Source: a virus
Taxonomy: Duplodnaviria > Caudoviricetes
Direction: 5' to 3' (one strand)
DNA length: 33,150 nt
IMG/VR virus record: IMGVR_UViG_3300030117_005467
Coordinates: 1 to 33,150 of that record
This document shows positions 1-7,894 of the stretch, in pieces. The notes below the pieces were generated by a model. It did not search any database and was not told the origin of the DNA. It saw only the letters and a program-made list of their open reading frames with translations. Each line of letters begins with the position of its first letter. Within the stretch, counting starts at the first letter, position 1. The translations under genes were made by a program, and so were the position numbers.

Positions 1-1
1 A

Positions 2-193
2 AATAAAAAATTAGACCTACTTAATCCAAGTGAGGTCGCAGACTTACTTAATCTTTCCAAACAAAAGATATTGGTAATGATTAAGTCTGGGGAACTACCT
101 GGCTACAAGTTAAACAGCCGAGTATTTCGAGTAAGTAAAACAGATCTGGAATTATATATCGAGAGTAAGCGATACCAGGTTTCTACACTGTAA
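2..193 (+). CDS. Excisionase-like HTH DNA-binding protein (5' truncated)
   Basis: Own translation of frame 2: NKKLDLLNPSEVADLLNLSKQKILVMIKSGELPGYKLNSRVFRVSKTDLELYIESKRYQVSTL*, matching the HTH_17/excisionase pattern (EVAxxL...IxxGELPxxK...FRV). Confidence 0.85.
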   Translation, partial: NKKLDLLNPSEVADLLNLSKQKILVMIKSGELPGYKLNSRVFRVSKTDLELYIESKRYQVSTL

Positions 194-216
194 ATAAAAA
201 AAACAAGGAGATAAAA

Positions 217-429
217 ATGGAATATAGTGATTTTGTCGAGGAAGTAACAAGTGGTCTTGAGGAATTAGAAGTTGAGGTTGCTAACCTTGATTATTCTGTT
301 GATTCAAGAATAGATGATTTAATAAATAGTGGCGTTGTTGGTGATCCTGATGCAGAGATTGATGAAGAGGAATTTGATGATGGCGATGTAGATATGGCTG
401 TAGATGCAATTCATACGGAGGTGGCGTAA
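217..429 (+). CDS. Small highly acidic hypothetical protein
   Basis: AAGGAG RBS upstream, D/E-rich 70 aa, TAATG coupling to the next gene. Confidence 0.8.
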   Translation: MEYSDFVEEVTSGLEELEVEVANLDYSVDSRIDDLINSGVVGDPDAEIDEEEFDDGDVDMAVDAIHTEVA

Positions 430-602
430 TGACGATTCAAACAGCAAAGCAGATTCTTGCCCTGCATAAAATTGAAAAGCGTAGAAAAGATGAAGTAATG
501 AGGTTTATGACCACAGGCAAAGTCTATTCTGATGAGTTGCAAAAAGAGATAGATGACATCAGAAATTATAAGTATAGGTGGAAGCCAAAAGGGGGTAAGT
601 AA
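429..602 (+). CDS. Small hypothetical protein (57 aa, not in ORF track)
   Basis: MTIQTAKQILALHKIEKRR...YRWKPKGGK*. GGAGG RBS and TAATG overlaps at both ends. Confidence 0.8.
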   Translation: MTIQTAKQILALHKIEKRRKDEVMRFMTTGKVYSDELQKEIDDIRNYKYRWKPKGGK

Positions 603-817
603 TGACAGCAAAAGATGTAAAAGCAGGCGATACAATAAAAACATGGTGGGGCAAGATGATTGTTGAAAGCACCAGAATTAGATATATGAAAAATGGCAGA
701 AAGAAGATTCAATTCAAAGGCATCAACTTAGGTGGTATGGGTACAATTGTTGGAAATGTAGCGTTAGACAGTAAATATGAAGATACAAAAGTCACTGTCA
801 TCAGGGGGGGTAAGTAA
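602..817 (+). CDS. Small basic hypothetical protein (possible SH3/KOW-like beta barrel)
   Basis: TAATG coupling at both ends. N-terminal AKDVKAGDTI motif. Confidence 0.75.
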   Translation: MTAKDVKAGDTIKTWWGKMIVESTRIRYMKNGRKKIQFKGINLGGMGTIVGNVALDSKYEDTKVTVIRGGK

Positions 818-1158
818 TGAATAATATATTTGAAAAAAAGCTACCTGATTACGATGATACAACTACAGGCGTTTATGTGGAAGAAATAAAAGATAGTGAT
901 TGGACAGGTAGGATTGATGAAGAGCCTAATTTGTCGGTTTTATCAGGTCCTGTTTATCCAGATAAGAAGAATAATGGTAAACCATTTACTTCTTGTGATT
1001 TAAGGGTTATTGCTAATGTAAAGCTGACGAAGAGGGGTAAGGTCAAAAAGGTTATGATTAAGATTCCATTTGATACACATGAGATGCAAAAGGTGATTGA
1101 CACTGCCAGGGAGCAAGACAGATTTGCTTATGAAATATATGAAGAGAAGGTGGCGTAA
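817..1158 (+). CDS. Hypothetical protein
   Basis: 113 aa ORF with TAATG coupling at both ends. Confidence 0.8.
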   Translation: MNNIFEKKLPDYDDTTTGVYVEEIKDSDWTGRIDEEPNLSVLSGPVYPDKKNNGKPFTSCDLRVIANVKLTKRGKVKKVMIKIPFDTHEMQKVIDTAREQDRFAYEIYEEKVA

Positions 1159-1334
1159 TGAGATACTTAAGAACCCTCCAGGCTCGTGCCAAAAACATTG
1201 GGATGTATGTTACAGATAATTCTAATGGATTTTTTGGGCTTGGTAAAAAAACTACTACAGGATCATTTGAGTTTATATTTAATAATCTCGAAAAACTTGA
1301 AGCTGAACTTGTGAAAAGAGAAGGGAGTAAATAA
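1158..1334 (+). CDS. Small hypothetical protein (58 aa, not in ORF track)
   Basis: MRYLRTLQARAKNIG...ELVKREGSK*. TAATG overlaps at both ends. Confidence 0.78.
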   Translation: MRYLRTLQARAKNIGMYVTDNSNGFFGLGKKTTTGSFEFIFNNLEKLEAELVKREGSK

Positions 1335-1594
1335 TGGCATATCCCTTTAGAAAATTTTTAATGGGCACACACATAGCCAGATCTGGAAGCCTGGGGGGTT
1401 TTTCATCATCCTTGCCCCCAGGCAAACCCTTACTACTATCTACTTCAGGTCTGGCTACCCTCCCCTGTGAGCATGAGAATATTGAGATCATTGAGGATGA
1501 CCCAGATAGTAATGTAAGTGGTTGCAAGATTTGTGAAGATTGCGATGAGGTGGTTGAGTGGTTTAGTGATTATTGTGGAGATGAATTGTTATGA
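1334..1594 (+). CDS. Small protein with C-terminal Cys/His zinc-binding motif
   Basis: CEHEN...CKICEDC. Coupled start. The 5' half overlaps a nested inverted repeat. Confidence 0.65.
   Translation: MAYPFRKFLMGTHIARSGSLGGFSSSLPPGKPLLLSTSGLATLPCEHENIEIIEDDPDSNVSGCKICEDCDEVVEWFSDYCGDELL
1374..1457. repeat. Nested inverted repeat (structured RNA/ssDNA element)
   Basis: TAGCCAGA 1374-1381 pairs with TCTGGCTA 1450-1457 (extends with wobble and a bulge). GCCTGGGGG 1389-1397 pairs with CCCCCAGGC 1415-1423. Confidence 0.7.
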
Positions 1595-1689
1595 ATCTGT
1601 TTAAAGAGTTATTAATCCTTTATCTCAAACTAGGATTGATCTTCATTCCAATCTTTATTTTACTAAATCAATTAGTGAGGGGGTCTTAA
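1591..1689 (+). CDS. Small membrane peptide (32 aa)
   Basis: MNLFKELLILYLKLGLIFIPIFILLNQLVRGS*. ATGA overlap, GGAG upstream, one hydrophobic helix. Confidence 0.6.
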   Translation: MNLFKELLILYLKLGLIFIPIFILLNQLVRGS

Positions 1690-1691
1690 AA

Positions 1692-2627
1692 ATGAGGGAG
1701 AAGATTAAACAAACTGTAAACCTGGACCTTGATTTAAGACAGAGTTACCTGGGGACCACTGAATGGGCAGTTGTAGCTGGATTATATAATAATTATAAAA
1801 CACCATATGATGTGTACATGGATAAGATTTATGGGTATGAGGTAATTGATAATCACTCAATGAGACATGGTCGTGATATTGAGCCGATTATTGCTAAGTG
1901 GGTGGAAGAAGATACAGGGTGGAAAGTAGCCCAAGATGGCTATGTCAGGTTTCACAAAGACTACGACTTCCTGGCAACAAACCTGGATGGAATAATCTAC
2001 CATAACGATGGTAGCGAGTCTATCCTGGAAATTAAAACTGCATCCGAGAAAGCCAGGGAGTCGTGGGGAAACATTTTACCTATTCATTACCTTGTTCAGA
2101 TCCAGGGACAAATGCTGATCACTGGGATCCCCCAGGCGTATGTAGCGATTGAGACATCTGGTTATAAAAAAGAATTTGAAATATTGGGACCTTTTAAGCC
2201 AGATGATATTGCCATAGATGTTATGGATAAGGTGGTTAATAAATGTGTCAGTTTTTGGTATGATCATGTGATCCCCCAGGTGGCTCCTGATCCAATAAAT
2301 GTTGAGGACCTTAAAAAAACCAATCCCCAGGCAAATGGTCATTCGATTATTGCTTCCCCAGAACTTAAAACAAAGATTGATACACTGAAGCAAATGAAAA
2401 TTACCAAGAAGGAAATTGAATTATCCATTAAGGATCTGGAGTTTCAAATTAAAGATTCGATGGGTGATGCTGAATTTCTCAAATATGAGGATGAGACTTT
2501 AGCTACCTGGCGTAATACCAAACCCAGGAAGAGTTTTGATCGTGCAACTTTTGCACAGGACCAGCCAGATGTTTACGAAAAATATGTTAAGGAATCGGCT
2601 CCAGGTCGGTCCTTCAGGCTTAAATAA
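1692..2627 (+). CDS. YqaJ-like viral recombinase / lambda-type exonuclease
   Basis: R-x-x-YLG, Y-K-T-P-Y-D-V-Y, GRDIEP, ATNLDG, ILEIKT, HYLVQIQ.Q motifs and the C-terminal FD...F..D.P..Y.KY...R.F tail. Confidence 0.92.
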   Translation: MREKIKQTVNLDLDLRQSYLGTTEWAVVAGLYNNYKTPYDVYMDKIYGYEVIDNHSMRHGRDIEPIIAKWVEEDTGWKVAQDGYVRFHKDYDFLATNLDGIIYHNDGSESILEIKTASEKARESWGNILPIHYLVQIQGQMLITGIPQAYVAIETSGYKKEFEILGPFKPDDIAIDVMDKVVNKCVSFWYDHVIPQVAPDPINVEDLKKTNPQANGHSIIASPELKTKIDTLKQMKITKKEIELSIKDLEFQIKDSMGDAEFLKYEDETLATWRNTKPRKSFDRATFAQDQPDVYEKYVKESAPGRSFRLK

Positions 2628-2643
2628 AAAAACAGGAGTGTTT

Positions 2644-3321
2644 ATGGACAGAGTAAAAGTACAAGGTGGTAAGCTATACACAAAGGTTGTGGATCGGCTT
2701 ACTGCTTTTAAGGATAATTATCATCCAAATAAGGGCTATTGTATTAATACTGCAATACATACCCTTACTGATAATTATGTTGTTTTTAAGGCAGTGATAA
2801 CTGACCAGGAAGGAAAAGTTTTGGCTACTGGGCATGGTCTTAATGGTATTACCAAAGATAAGTCATTTGAGAAAGCTGAAACAGTTGCTGTAGGTCGTGC
2901 TTTGGCATTTTTTGATCCAATGTATGGTGGTGAGTCTGAACTAGCATCTGAAGAGGAGATGGAGAAGTATCAGGAACAGATCAAAGATTATGATTCATCA
3001 GCACCACAAAAAGAGTCTAATGGTAATGCTGATTTTGCCAAGAAAATATCTGGTGATCAGGAGCAGGTGGCAGATGTTATGAACCAGGCAAAGTCTAAAT
3101 TGTCAAATGGAAATGGTACTGGTATGGGTAATGGTGCTGGTTTGAAAGATGGTGTTTGCAACTTTAAAAAGTATAAAGGCAAAAAATGGTCTGAGGTTGC
3201 ATTGGTTCCAAAGTCTGGTAATGAAAACAGTGGTTTAGATTATATGAAGTTTCTTCTTACAAGTGAAAAAGTTCACCTCGATGATAATACCAGGGCAATT
3301 CTAAACCAGTACGTTGGCTGA
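2644..3321 (+). CDS. Putative single-strand annealing protein (Rad52/Erf-like fold) with C-terminal FxKYKGK domain
   Basis: Directly follows the exonuclease. GKLYTKVVDRL..F, LATGHG and EKAETVAVGRALA motifs. Start set at ATG 2644 after the AGGAG RBS. Confidence 0.6.
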   Translation: MDRVKVQGGKLYTKVVDRLTAFKDNYHPNKGYCINTAIHTLTDNYVVFKAVITDQEGKVLATGHGLNGITKDKSFEKAETVAVGRALAFFDPMYGGESELASEEEMEKYQEQIKDYDSSAPQKESNGNADFAKKISGDQEQVADVMNQAKSKLSNGNGTGMGNGAGLKDGVCNFKKYKGKKWSEVALVPKSGNENSGLDYMKFLLTSEKVHLDDNTRAILNQYVG

Positions 3322-3547
3322 TTACTCAGGAGATCAAAAATGGGAACGCTGTATGAAATCTTATATCCGAAGTCAGCTAGACTTTCCCCAGGGCGTTGGG
3401 GTAGAGGTATCAGTGGAACTAAAACGAAAGATCGTTGGCTGGGATCCTTTGTACAGCGTTCACCCAGATTTATTTCAAAAATTAATAAACAGATTAAGGG
3501 CTGAGTATGGGAGGATCAAATCTGAAAAAGATAATAAAAGAGGTTGA
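3314..3547 (+). CDS. Hypothetical protein
   Basis: 77 aa ORF with TTG start filling the gap between neighbouring genes. Confidence 0.6.
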   Translation: MADYSGDQKWERCMKSYIRSQLDFPQGVGVEVSVELKRKIVGWDPLYSVHPDLFQKLINRLRAEYGRIKSEKDNKRG

Positions 3548-3857
3548 GGAAATGTATCCTGAGACAACCAGTCTTTTTAAACAACAGCAACATGAGCAGT
3601 ATCATTTGTTTTGCCTTAAGCAGTACGATTATGGTCCCAGTAATATATCTGTTGGTACTCAGCTTTCAAACGATGATGAGGTTCAATTTTCAACACTGGG
3701 TTTATGGTTCAGGATCAACGATAAGATCCAAAGGCTTAAAAATATTTTTACCAGTAAACAGAAGCCACAAAATGAATCGGTCCAGGATTCATTTATGGAC
3801 CTCGCCAACTATTGTAACATCGCATTAATTGTTTTAAAAAGAAAGTGGGCAAAATGA
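3507..3857 (+). CDS. DUF1599 / nucleotide-modification-associated domain 1 (all-alpha NTP-PPase-like)
   Basis: KQYDYG..N, R.NDKIQRL.N and ESVQDSFMDLANY..IAL signature. Confidence 0.82.
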   Translation: MGGSNLKKIIKEVEEMYPETTSLFKQQQHEQYHLFCLKQYDYGPSNISVGTQLSNDDEVQFSTLGLWFRINDKIQRLKNIFTSKQKPQNESVQDSFMDLANYCNIALIVLKRKWAK

Positions 3858-4066
3858 ACGAAAAATTAAAAAGGTTAAAGACACTCCACCCAAACCAAAT
3901 GAAGCTGATTTTGGATGGATTAGGCGTATTAAAACTAGATATTGTAAAGAAGGTCGAAGGTGATGAAATGATTACTAAGGTTAAAAACATCCAAAGTTTA
4001 TCGGATCAGCTTAAAGAATATATGAGCGAATGGTCAAAGCAATACCAAACCCAGGAAGAAGAGTGA
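3854..4066 (+). CDS. Hypothetical protein
   Basis: ATGA overlap with the upstream stop. Predicted helical. Confidence 0.7.
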   Translation: MNEKLKRLKTLHPNQMKLILDGLGVLKLDIVKKVEGDEMITKVKNIQSLSDQLKEYMSEWSKQYQTQEEE

Positions 4067-4185
4067 TAACTATAGCTGAGTGGTTACTTAACCTGTGGAT
4101 CTTTGGAACCACAATGTGCATGGTTATCGTTGCACTGATTTTTATTCCATTTGCCATAGACCAGCTTAAAGAGTTTTTAAAATGA
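4063..4185 (+). CDS. Small membrane protein (40 aa)
   Basis: GTGA overlap. MITIAEWLLNLWIFGTTMCMVIVALIFIPFAIDQLKEFLK*. Confidence 0.6.
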   Translation: MITIAEWLLNLWIFGTTMCMVIVALIFIPFAIDQLKEFLK

Positions 4186-4203
4186 ACCCCAACCACATAC
4201 CAA

Positions 4204-4620
4204 ATGAAACAAATAAAATTTACTGTAGAAGGTTCACCAAAAGCCCTTAAAAGGCACAGGCATTTGCGAAATGGTCATACTTATGACCCTTCAAAAGCTG
4301 ATAAGCGTGATTTTTTGCAATTAGCCAAAAATTCGGCTCCCAAATCGCCCTTATATGGACCGATCTCAATGCAAGTCGAGTTCTACATTGAACGCCCAAA
4401 GGCACATTTCAGGTCAGGTAAGTATTTTAATCTTTTAAAAGACCAGGCTCCAGTCTGGCACATTACCAGGGCTGACCTGGATAATTATATAAAGCTGGTC
4501 CTGGATTCTTTAAATGGAGTTTTTTATAAAGATGACAGCCAGGTATGTCAGATTAATGCCATTAAAATTTATTCAAAAAAACCCAGGACAGTGGTCCTGA
4601 TCAGAAGTGCTGAGTGTTAA
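4204..4620 (+). CDS. rusA: RusA-family Holliday junction resolvase
   Basis: DLDNYIKLVLDSLNG...DDSQV catalytic signature and N-terminal F.V.G.P...R.R. Confidence 0.93.
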   Translation: MKQIKFTVEGSPKALKRHRHLRNGHTYDPSKADKRDFLQLAKNSAPKSPLYGPISMQVEFYIERPKAHFRSGKYFNLLKDQAPVWHITRADLDNYIKLVLDSLNGVFYKDDSQVCQINAIKIYSKKPRTVVLIRSAEC

Positions 4621-4871
4621 CCATTATTGATCATATCAGAGAAATAAACCCAGAAGCTGTTTTATGGGATGGTTTAAACGATGCTGTAATTGGTATTGAT
4701 GAAAAACATAGAGCAGTTTATTCAGTGGATGCCATTATTAATGTTTTGGAAGAAACAAATGATTGGTCGAGTGAGGATGCGATGGAATGGTATCAGTTTA
4801 ACATATCAACTGCATATGTTGGCGAATACACCCCAGTTCTTGTGTTTTTAAAAAAAGGATTATTTAAATGA
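4614..4871 (+). CDS. Hypothetical phage protein
   Basis: DGLNDAVIG..AVY...EDAMEWYQFNI..AYVGE.TP, a pattern I recall from environmental phages. Confidence 0.8.
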   Translation: MLTIIDHIREINPEAVLWDGLNDAVIGIDEKHRAVYSVDAIINVLEETNDWSSEDAMEWYQFNISTAYVGEYTPVLVFLKKGLFK

Positions 4872-5107
4872 AAATAAAATCGCCACTTGTAACTCGCACA
4901 AAATATGATGCTTTAAATGATAAGCATAATAAAATGGCAGAGAGAGAATATATATTAAAAAGAGACATATCTATTTTGGCAACAAAATTTAAAAAGATTC
5001 AGGATCTGTGTATGATCCATTCCAACAGTGGTCCCAGGTCAAATGGGATTAGTAAGCTGGGTAATAATAAGTTTATTCGCCTGGTGAAAGAGGTGGTTGG
5101 ATCGTGA
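4868..5107 (+). CDS. Hypothetical protein
   Basis: ATGA overlap and AAGGA RBS. Confidence 0.75.
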   Translation: MKIKSPLVTRTKYDALNDKHNKMAEREYILKRDISILATKFKKIQDLCMIHSNSGPRSNGISKLGNNKFIRLVKEVVGS

Positions 5108-5448
5108 AGAAAGTTTATGCCAGGAAGCTGAAAGAAAGGGCAGAAGAGATCTGCAAAAAAGCCAGTCAAGTTCGTAAGGGTAATCCCTATGGCGAAACCT
5201 TTGAAGTTGGATCTATACACCCATTATCGGAGTCTACAGCCTATGTCAGATTTAATAAGTCTACTGGTAAAGTAGCTGTTTGTTTTTTCTTTTGGGTAAA
5301 CATTAATGGTGGGCAGTGGCATTATATGTTTCCAACATATGATCACTGTGTAGGAGCCGAGAAGCTGAGATCCATTTTACATGGTGTTGAAGAGGAAAAT
5401 TTTAAATACAACTTTGATGAGGACCTAGATGTCAGATCCAGTTTCTGA
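5104..5448 (+). CDS. Hypothetical protein
   Basis: GTGA overlap and GAGGTGG RBS. Confidence 0.75.
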   Translation: MKKVYARKLKERAEEICKKASQVRKGNPYGETFEVGSIHPLSESTAYVRFNKSTGKVAVCFFFWVNINGGQWHYMFPTYDHCVGAEKLRSILHGVEEENFKYNFDEDLDVRSSF

Positions 5449-5830
5449 TTTAAATACTCAACGAAAGGGTTACCTGGGTGAACAGGCTGTGATTAATCAA
5501 ATTATTAAAGACAAACAGTTAAAAGTTTATAAAAGCGTGGTAGATGATTCAGGCGTGGATCTGGTTGTAGATACTGGTACTTGTTTTAAAAAAGTCCAGG
5601 TTAAAACTAAAACAAAAACCAGAACCTCAAAAACTTCCATTGAGGTAGATGTTGAAAAATATGTAGGCAGTGATATTGATATTATTGCGATTTATTATGA
5701 GCCTTTAGATATGGTTGCCTACGTTCCTTATAATAATCAAAAAGATATTACACTGGCAGTAAAAAGAGCCAAAAATGGGCAGAAGCATAACAGAACCTGG
5801 TTCTTTCAATTTCTTGAATTTCCAATATAA
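5429..5830 (+). CDS. PD-(D/E)XK endonuclease (group I intron-associated-like, free-standing)
   Basis: KGYLGE..V, VDLVVD, KVQVKT and DIIAIY motifs. Confidence 0.8.
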   Translation: MSDPVSDLNTQRKGYLGEQAVINQIIKDKQLKVYKSVVDDSGVDLVVDTGTCFKKVQVKTKTKTRTSKTSIEVDVEKYVGSDIDIIAIYYEPLDMVAYVPYNNQKDITLAVKRAKNGQKHNRTWFFQFLEFPI

Positions 5831-5842
5831 AGTGAGGGTATT

Positions 5843-6574
5843 ATGAACGGATACATTAAGCTAAATCGAAGCATTAAAAAGCACTGGATTTTCCAGGATG
5901 CCAACTATTTGAAATACTGGATTGATATGCTTATGGAAGCGAATTGGAAGGATAAAAAAGTGCTTTGGAAAGGTGAATTAATTACTGTTGAAAGGGGATC
6001 TTTTCCGATGTCTTATCGCAGTTTTGCCGAAAGATGGGCAACAAGCACAGGGAAGGTTAGGCGATACATTGCCTTGCTCAAAAACGACAAGATGATAAAC
6101 ACAGACACATCAAATGGATTTACCCTCGTGAAAATCAATAATTATGAGCGATTTCAGGGTGGAAACGACACAGTGGTAGACACAGTGACGGACACAGTGA
6201 CGGACACAGTGACGGACACGCTCGTAGACACTACCTTAAGAAAGAAAGAAATTAAGAAAGAAATAAATATGCGAGATAAACCTCGCACTTTGTTGCAGAT
6301 ATTTGGAGATGAGTTTTTAAATCAAATGGGGATTGAATATCATGCCAGTTTTGCAAAAGATGGAAAGCTACTTAAGGAATTGGAAAAACACTTTGGCAGG
6401 GATGCAGTGATTCATGGGATTAAGTATTATTTTGAAAAACATATACACCAGGACAAGTTTGCTTCAAGGAATGTCAATGTAGGTGGTATGAAGTTCGTTT
6501 GGAACTCCATGATTGCAAAAATGAAATTAAATGAAAAGCCACTTGCTGTTTTTGAAAGGTTTATAAATGAATAA
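5843..6574 (+). CDS. Replication initiator (lambda O / DnaD-like N-terminal winged helix)
   Basis: GYIKLNRSI..HWIF, L.MEANW.D, ERGSF..S...AERW and NYERFQ motifs, followed by internal iterons. Confidence 0.88.
   Translation: MNGYIKLNRSIKKHWIFQDANYLKYWIDMLMEANWKDKKVLWKGELITVERGSFPMSYRSFAERWATSTGKVRRYIALLKNDKMINTDTSNGFTLVKINNYERFQGGNDTVVDTVTDTVTDTVTDTLVDTTLRKKEIKKEINMRDKPRTLLQIFGDEFLNQMGIEYHASFAKDGKLLKELEKHFGRDAVIHGIKYYFEKHIHQDKFASRNVNVGGMKFVWNSMIAKMKLNEKPLAVFERFINE
6167..6268 (+). repeat. Replication-origin iterons plus A-rich tract
   Basis: 12-bp period: GACACAGTGGTA, three copies of GACACAGTGACG, GACACGCTCGTA, GACACT (6167-6232), then AAGAAAGAAAGAAATTAAGAAAGAAATAAAT. Confidence 0.85.
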
Positions 6575-7082
6575 AAAAAAAGGATTTTCAATTATTATGC
6601 AATATCTATACACTGCATACTCAAAAGTTCCCAGTAATGGTGATGCAGAAACCAGAATTTTTTACGATATACTTGGCATCTATTCTCTTGACCAGGTTGA
6701 AAGAGCAGTCAGGGATCATGTTGCTGAATCTCCTTTTTTTCCCAGGGTTGCCGACATAAAAAAGAGGATCCAGGCTACCCAGGTAACTGTTGATGTGGTG
6801 TTATCTGAGATCAGGCAAGTTATTTCTATTTCAATGGGAAGGTCCTGGTCTAGAAAAGACATTCATCCTGTATCGTATAACATCCTTAAAGAACTTGGTG
6901 GCAAGATGTCTGCTGGACAATTGTCCGATCAGGAACTTGAAAAGAAAGTGAAAATGAAATTTAATTATGTTGTTGATGCTGAATTAACCAGGTTAGGGAT
7001 GAAAGAAACTCCCCAGGTTGAAGGCAGAAGGACCAGGGGGTCTCAACAACTTGGAAACCTTTTAAGTGGAGTGGTTAAATGA
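6567..7082 (+). CDS. Replicative helicase loader/inhibitor (G39P / lambda P-like)
   Basis: Follows the initiator. QVERAVRDHVAESPFFPRVADI motif. Confidence 0.72.
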   Translation: MNKKKGFSIIMQYLYTAYSKVPSNGDAETRIFYDILGIYSLDQVERAVRDHVAESPFFPRVADIKKRIQATQVTVDVVLSEIRQVISISMGRSWSRKDIHPVSYNILKELGGKMSAGQLSDQELEKKVKMKFNYVVDAELTRLGMKETPQVEGRRTRGSQQLGNLLSGVVK

Positions 7083-7267
7083 AAAAAGCAATTACATTAT
7101 TTTACGATTGTGAAAGTGGTGAATTAGTAAAAACTAAAGTTCATAAAAACTTTCAAAAAGTTGATTCATTAATGGAAGCTGATGTACTTCTTGATTGTGT
7201 TAATGTTCTTGAAAATATGTATCAAAAGGCTGGTGGTAAATATTTTAAAAAATTAAGTAATGGGTAG
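7079..7267 (+). CDS. Hypothetical protein
   Basis: ATGA overlap and GGAG RBS. Confidence 0.7.
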   Translation: MKKAITLFYDCESGELVKTKVHKNFQKVDSLMEADVLLDCVNVLENMYQKAGGKYFKKLSNG

Positions 7268-7583
7268 AACACCACTTTCAAAATCTATGGTTAATGCTGA
7301 CATGACTGTTAAGTATTGTCAGTATTGTAAGAGGTGTTGGGAAAAAGATAAGATCAGGGACACTCCTGGTCGTAAGAAAAAAGTGAATTATTATCACGAT
7401 TTCCCATCAATTGGAAAAGAAAAAAAAGCGTGTCCTATGTGCGAAGCCCAAAGGCATTTTTGCGATCTCTGTGATATGGAAAGAGATGATGTTATTAAGC
7501 AGGGTGTAACCTGGGTATGTACAGACTGCGATGAGCGATATCCAGAATACATTACTCCCTTGTCTCATCCAAGAAAGCTGTGA
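7260..7583 (+). CDS. Cys-rich zinc-finger protein
   Basis: Four CxxC pairs (CQYC, CPMC, CDLC, CTDC). Confidence 0.75.
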   Translation: MGRTPLSKSMVNADMTVKYCQYCKRCWEKDKIRDTPGRKKKVNYYHDFPSIGKEKKACPMCEAQRHFCDLCDMERDDVIKQGVTWVCTDCDERYPEYITPLSHPRKL

Positions 7584-7655
7584 GAATTTGACTCCCAGAT
7601 GAATATCTATTTTTTTATAATATATGGACTTTCGTTGTTGCTTTCCTTTTTTGCA

Positions 7656-7699
7656 GGGGCATGGGTTTACCATAGAGGTCAAGCCCATAGCCCCATTTT
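7656..7699 (+). terminator. GC-rich hairpin at the early/late boundary
   Basis: GGGGC-ATGGG-TTT pairs with AAG-CCCAT-a-GCCCC, followed by ATTTT. Confidence 0.55.
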
Positions 7700-7744
7700 A
7701 CCTGAATTAAACTTGGATAAAAAAGAAATAGAAAGGCAACCTGA

Positions 7745-7894
7745 ATGGGACCAGGTTTGAACATTCCATTAATTGAATTTGATTACAACTTTGATGAGTT
7801 TGATGATCTTCAGGATCTGTGGGCTCACCTGGTTGTAAGTGCATTGCAGGCTGGATACAATCCACCGATAGGATATACAATTGGCTACGCCTGA
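7745..7894 (+). CDS. Possible small protein (49 aa) upstream of terS
   Basis: MGPGLNIPLIEFDYNFDEFDDLQDLWAHLVVSALQAGYNPPIGYTIGYA*. Protein-like composition, overlaps the terS start, weak RBS. Confidence 0.45.
   Translation: MGPGLNIPLIEFDYNFDEFDDLQDLWAHLVVSALQAGYNPPIGYTIGYA

Noticed and set aside
2-193. Proof of a temperate lifestyle
   Set aside because: The excisionase-like HTH and lambdoid replication genes are suggestive, but no integrase, repressor or att site is in the window.
2536-2643. Longer N-terminus for the annealing-protein ORF
   Set aside because: It overlaps the exonuclease by about 90 nt, whereas ATG 2644 has a good AGGAG RBS.
6167-6232. Tandem repeats as a CRISPR array
   Set aside because: The 12-bp units have no spacers, are in frame in the initiator gene, and no cas genes are present. 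Iterons explain them.
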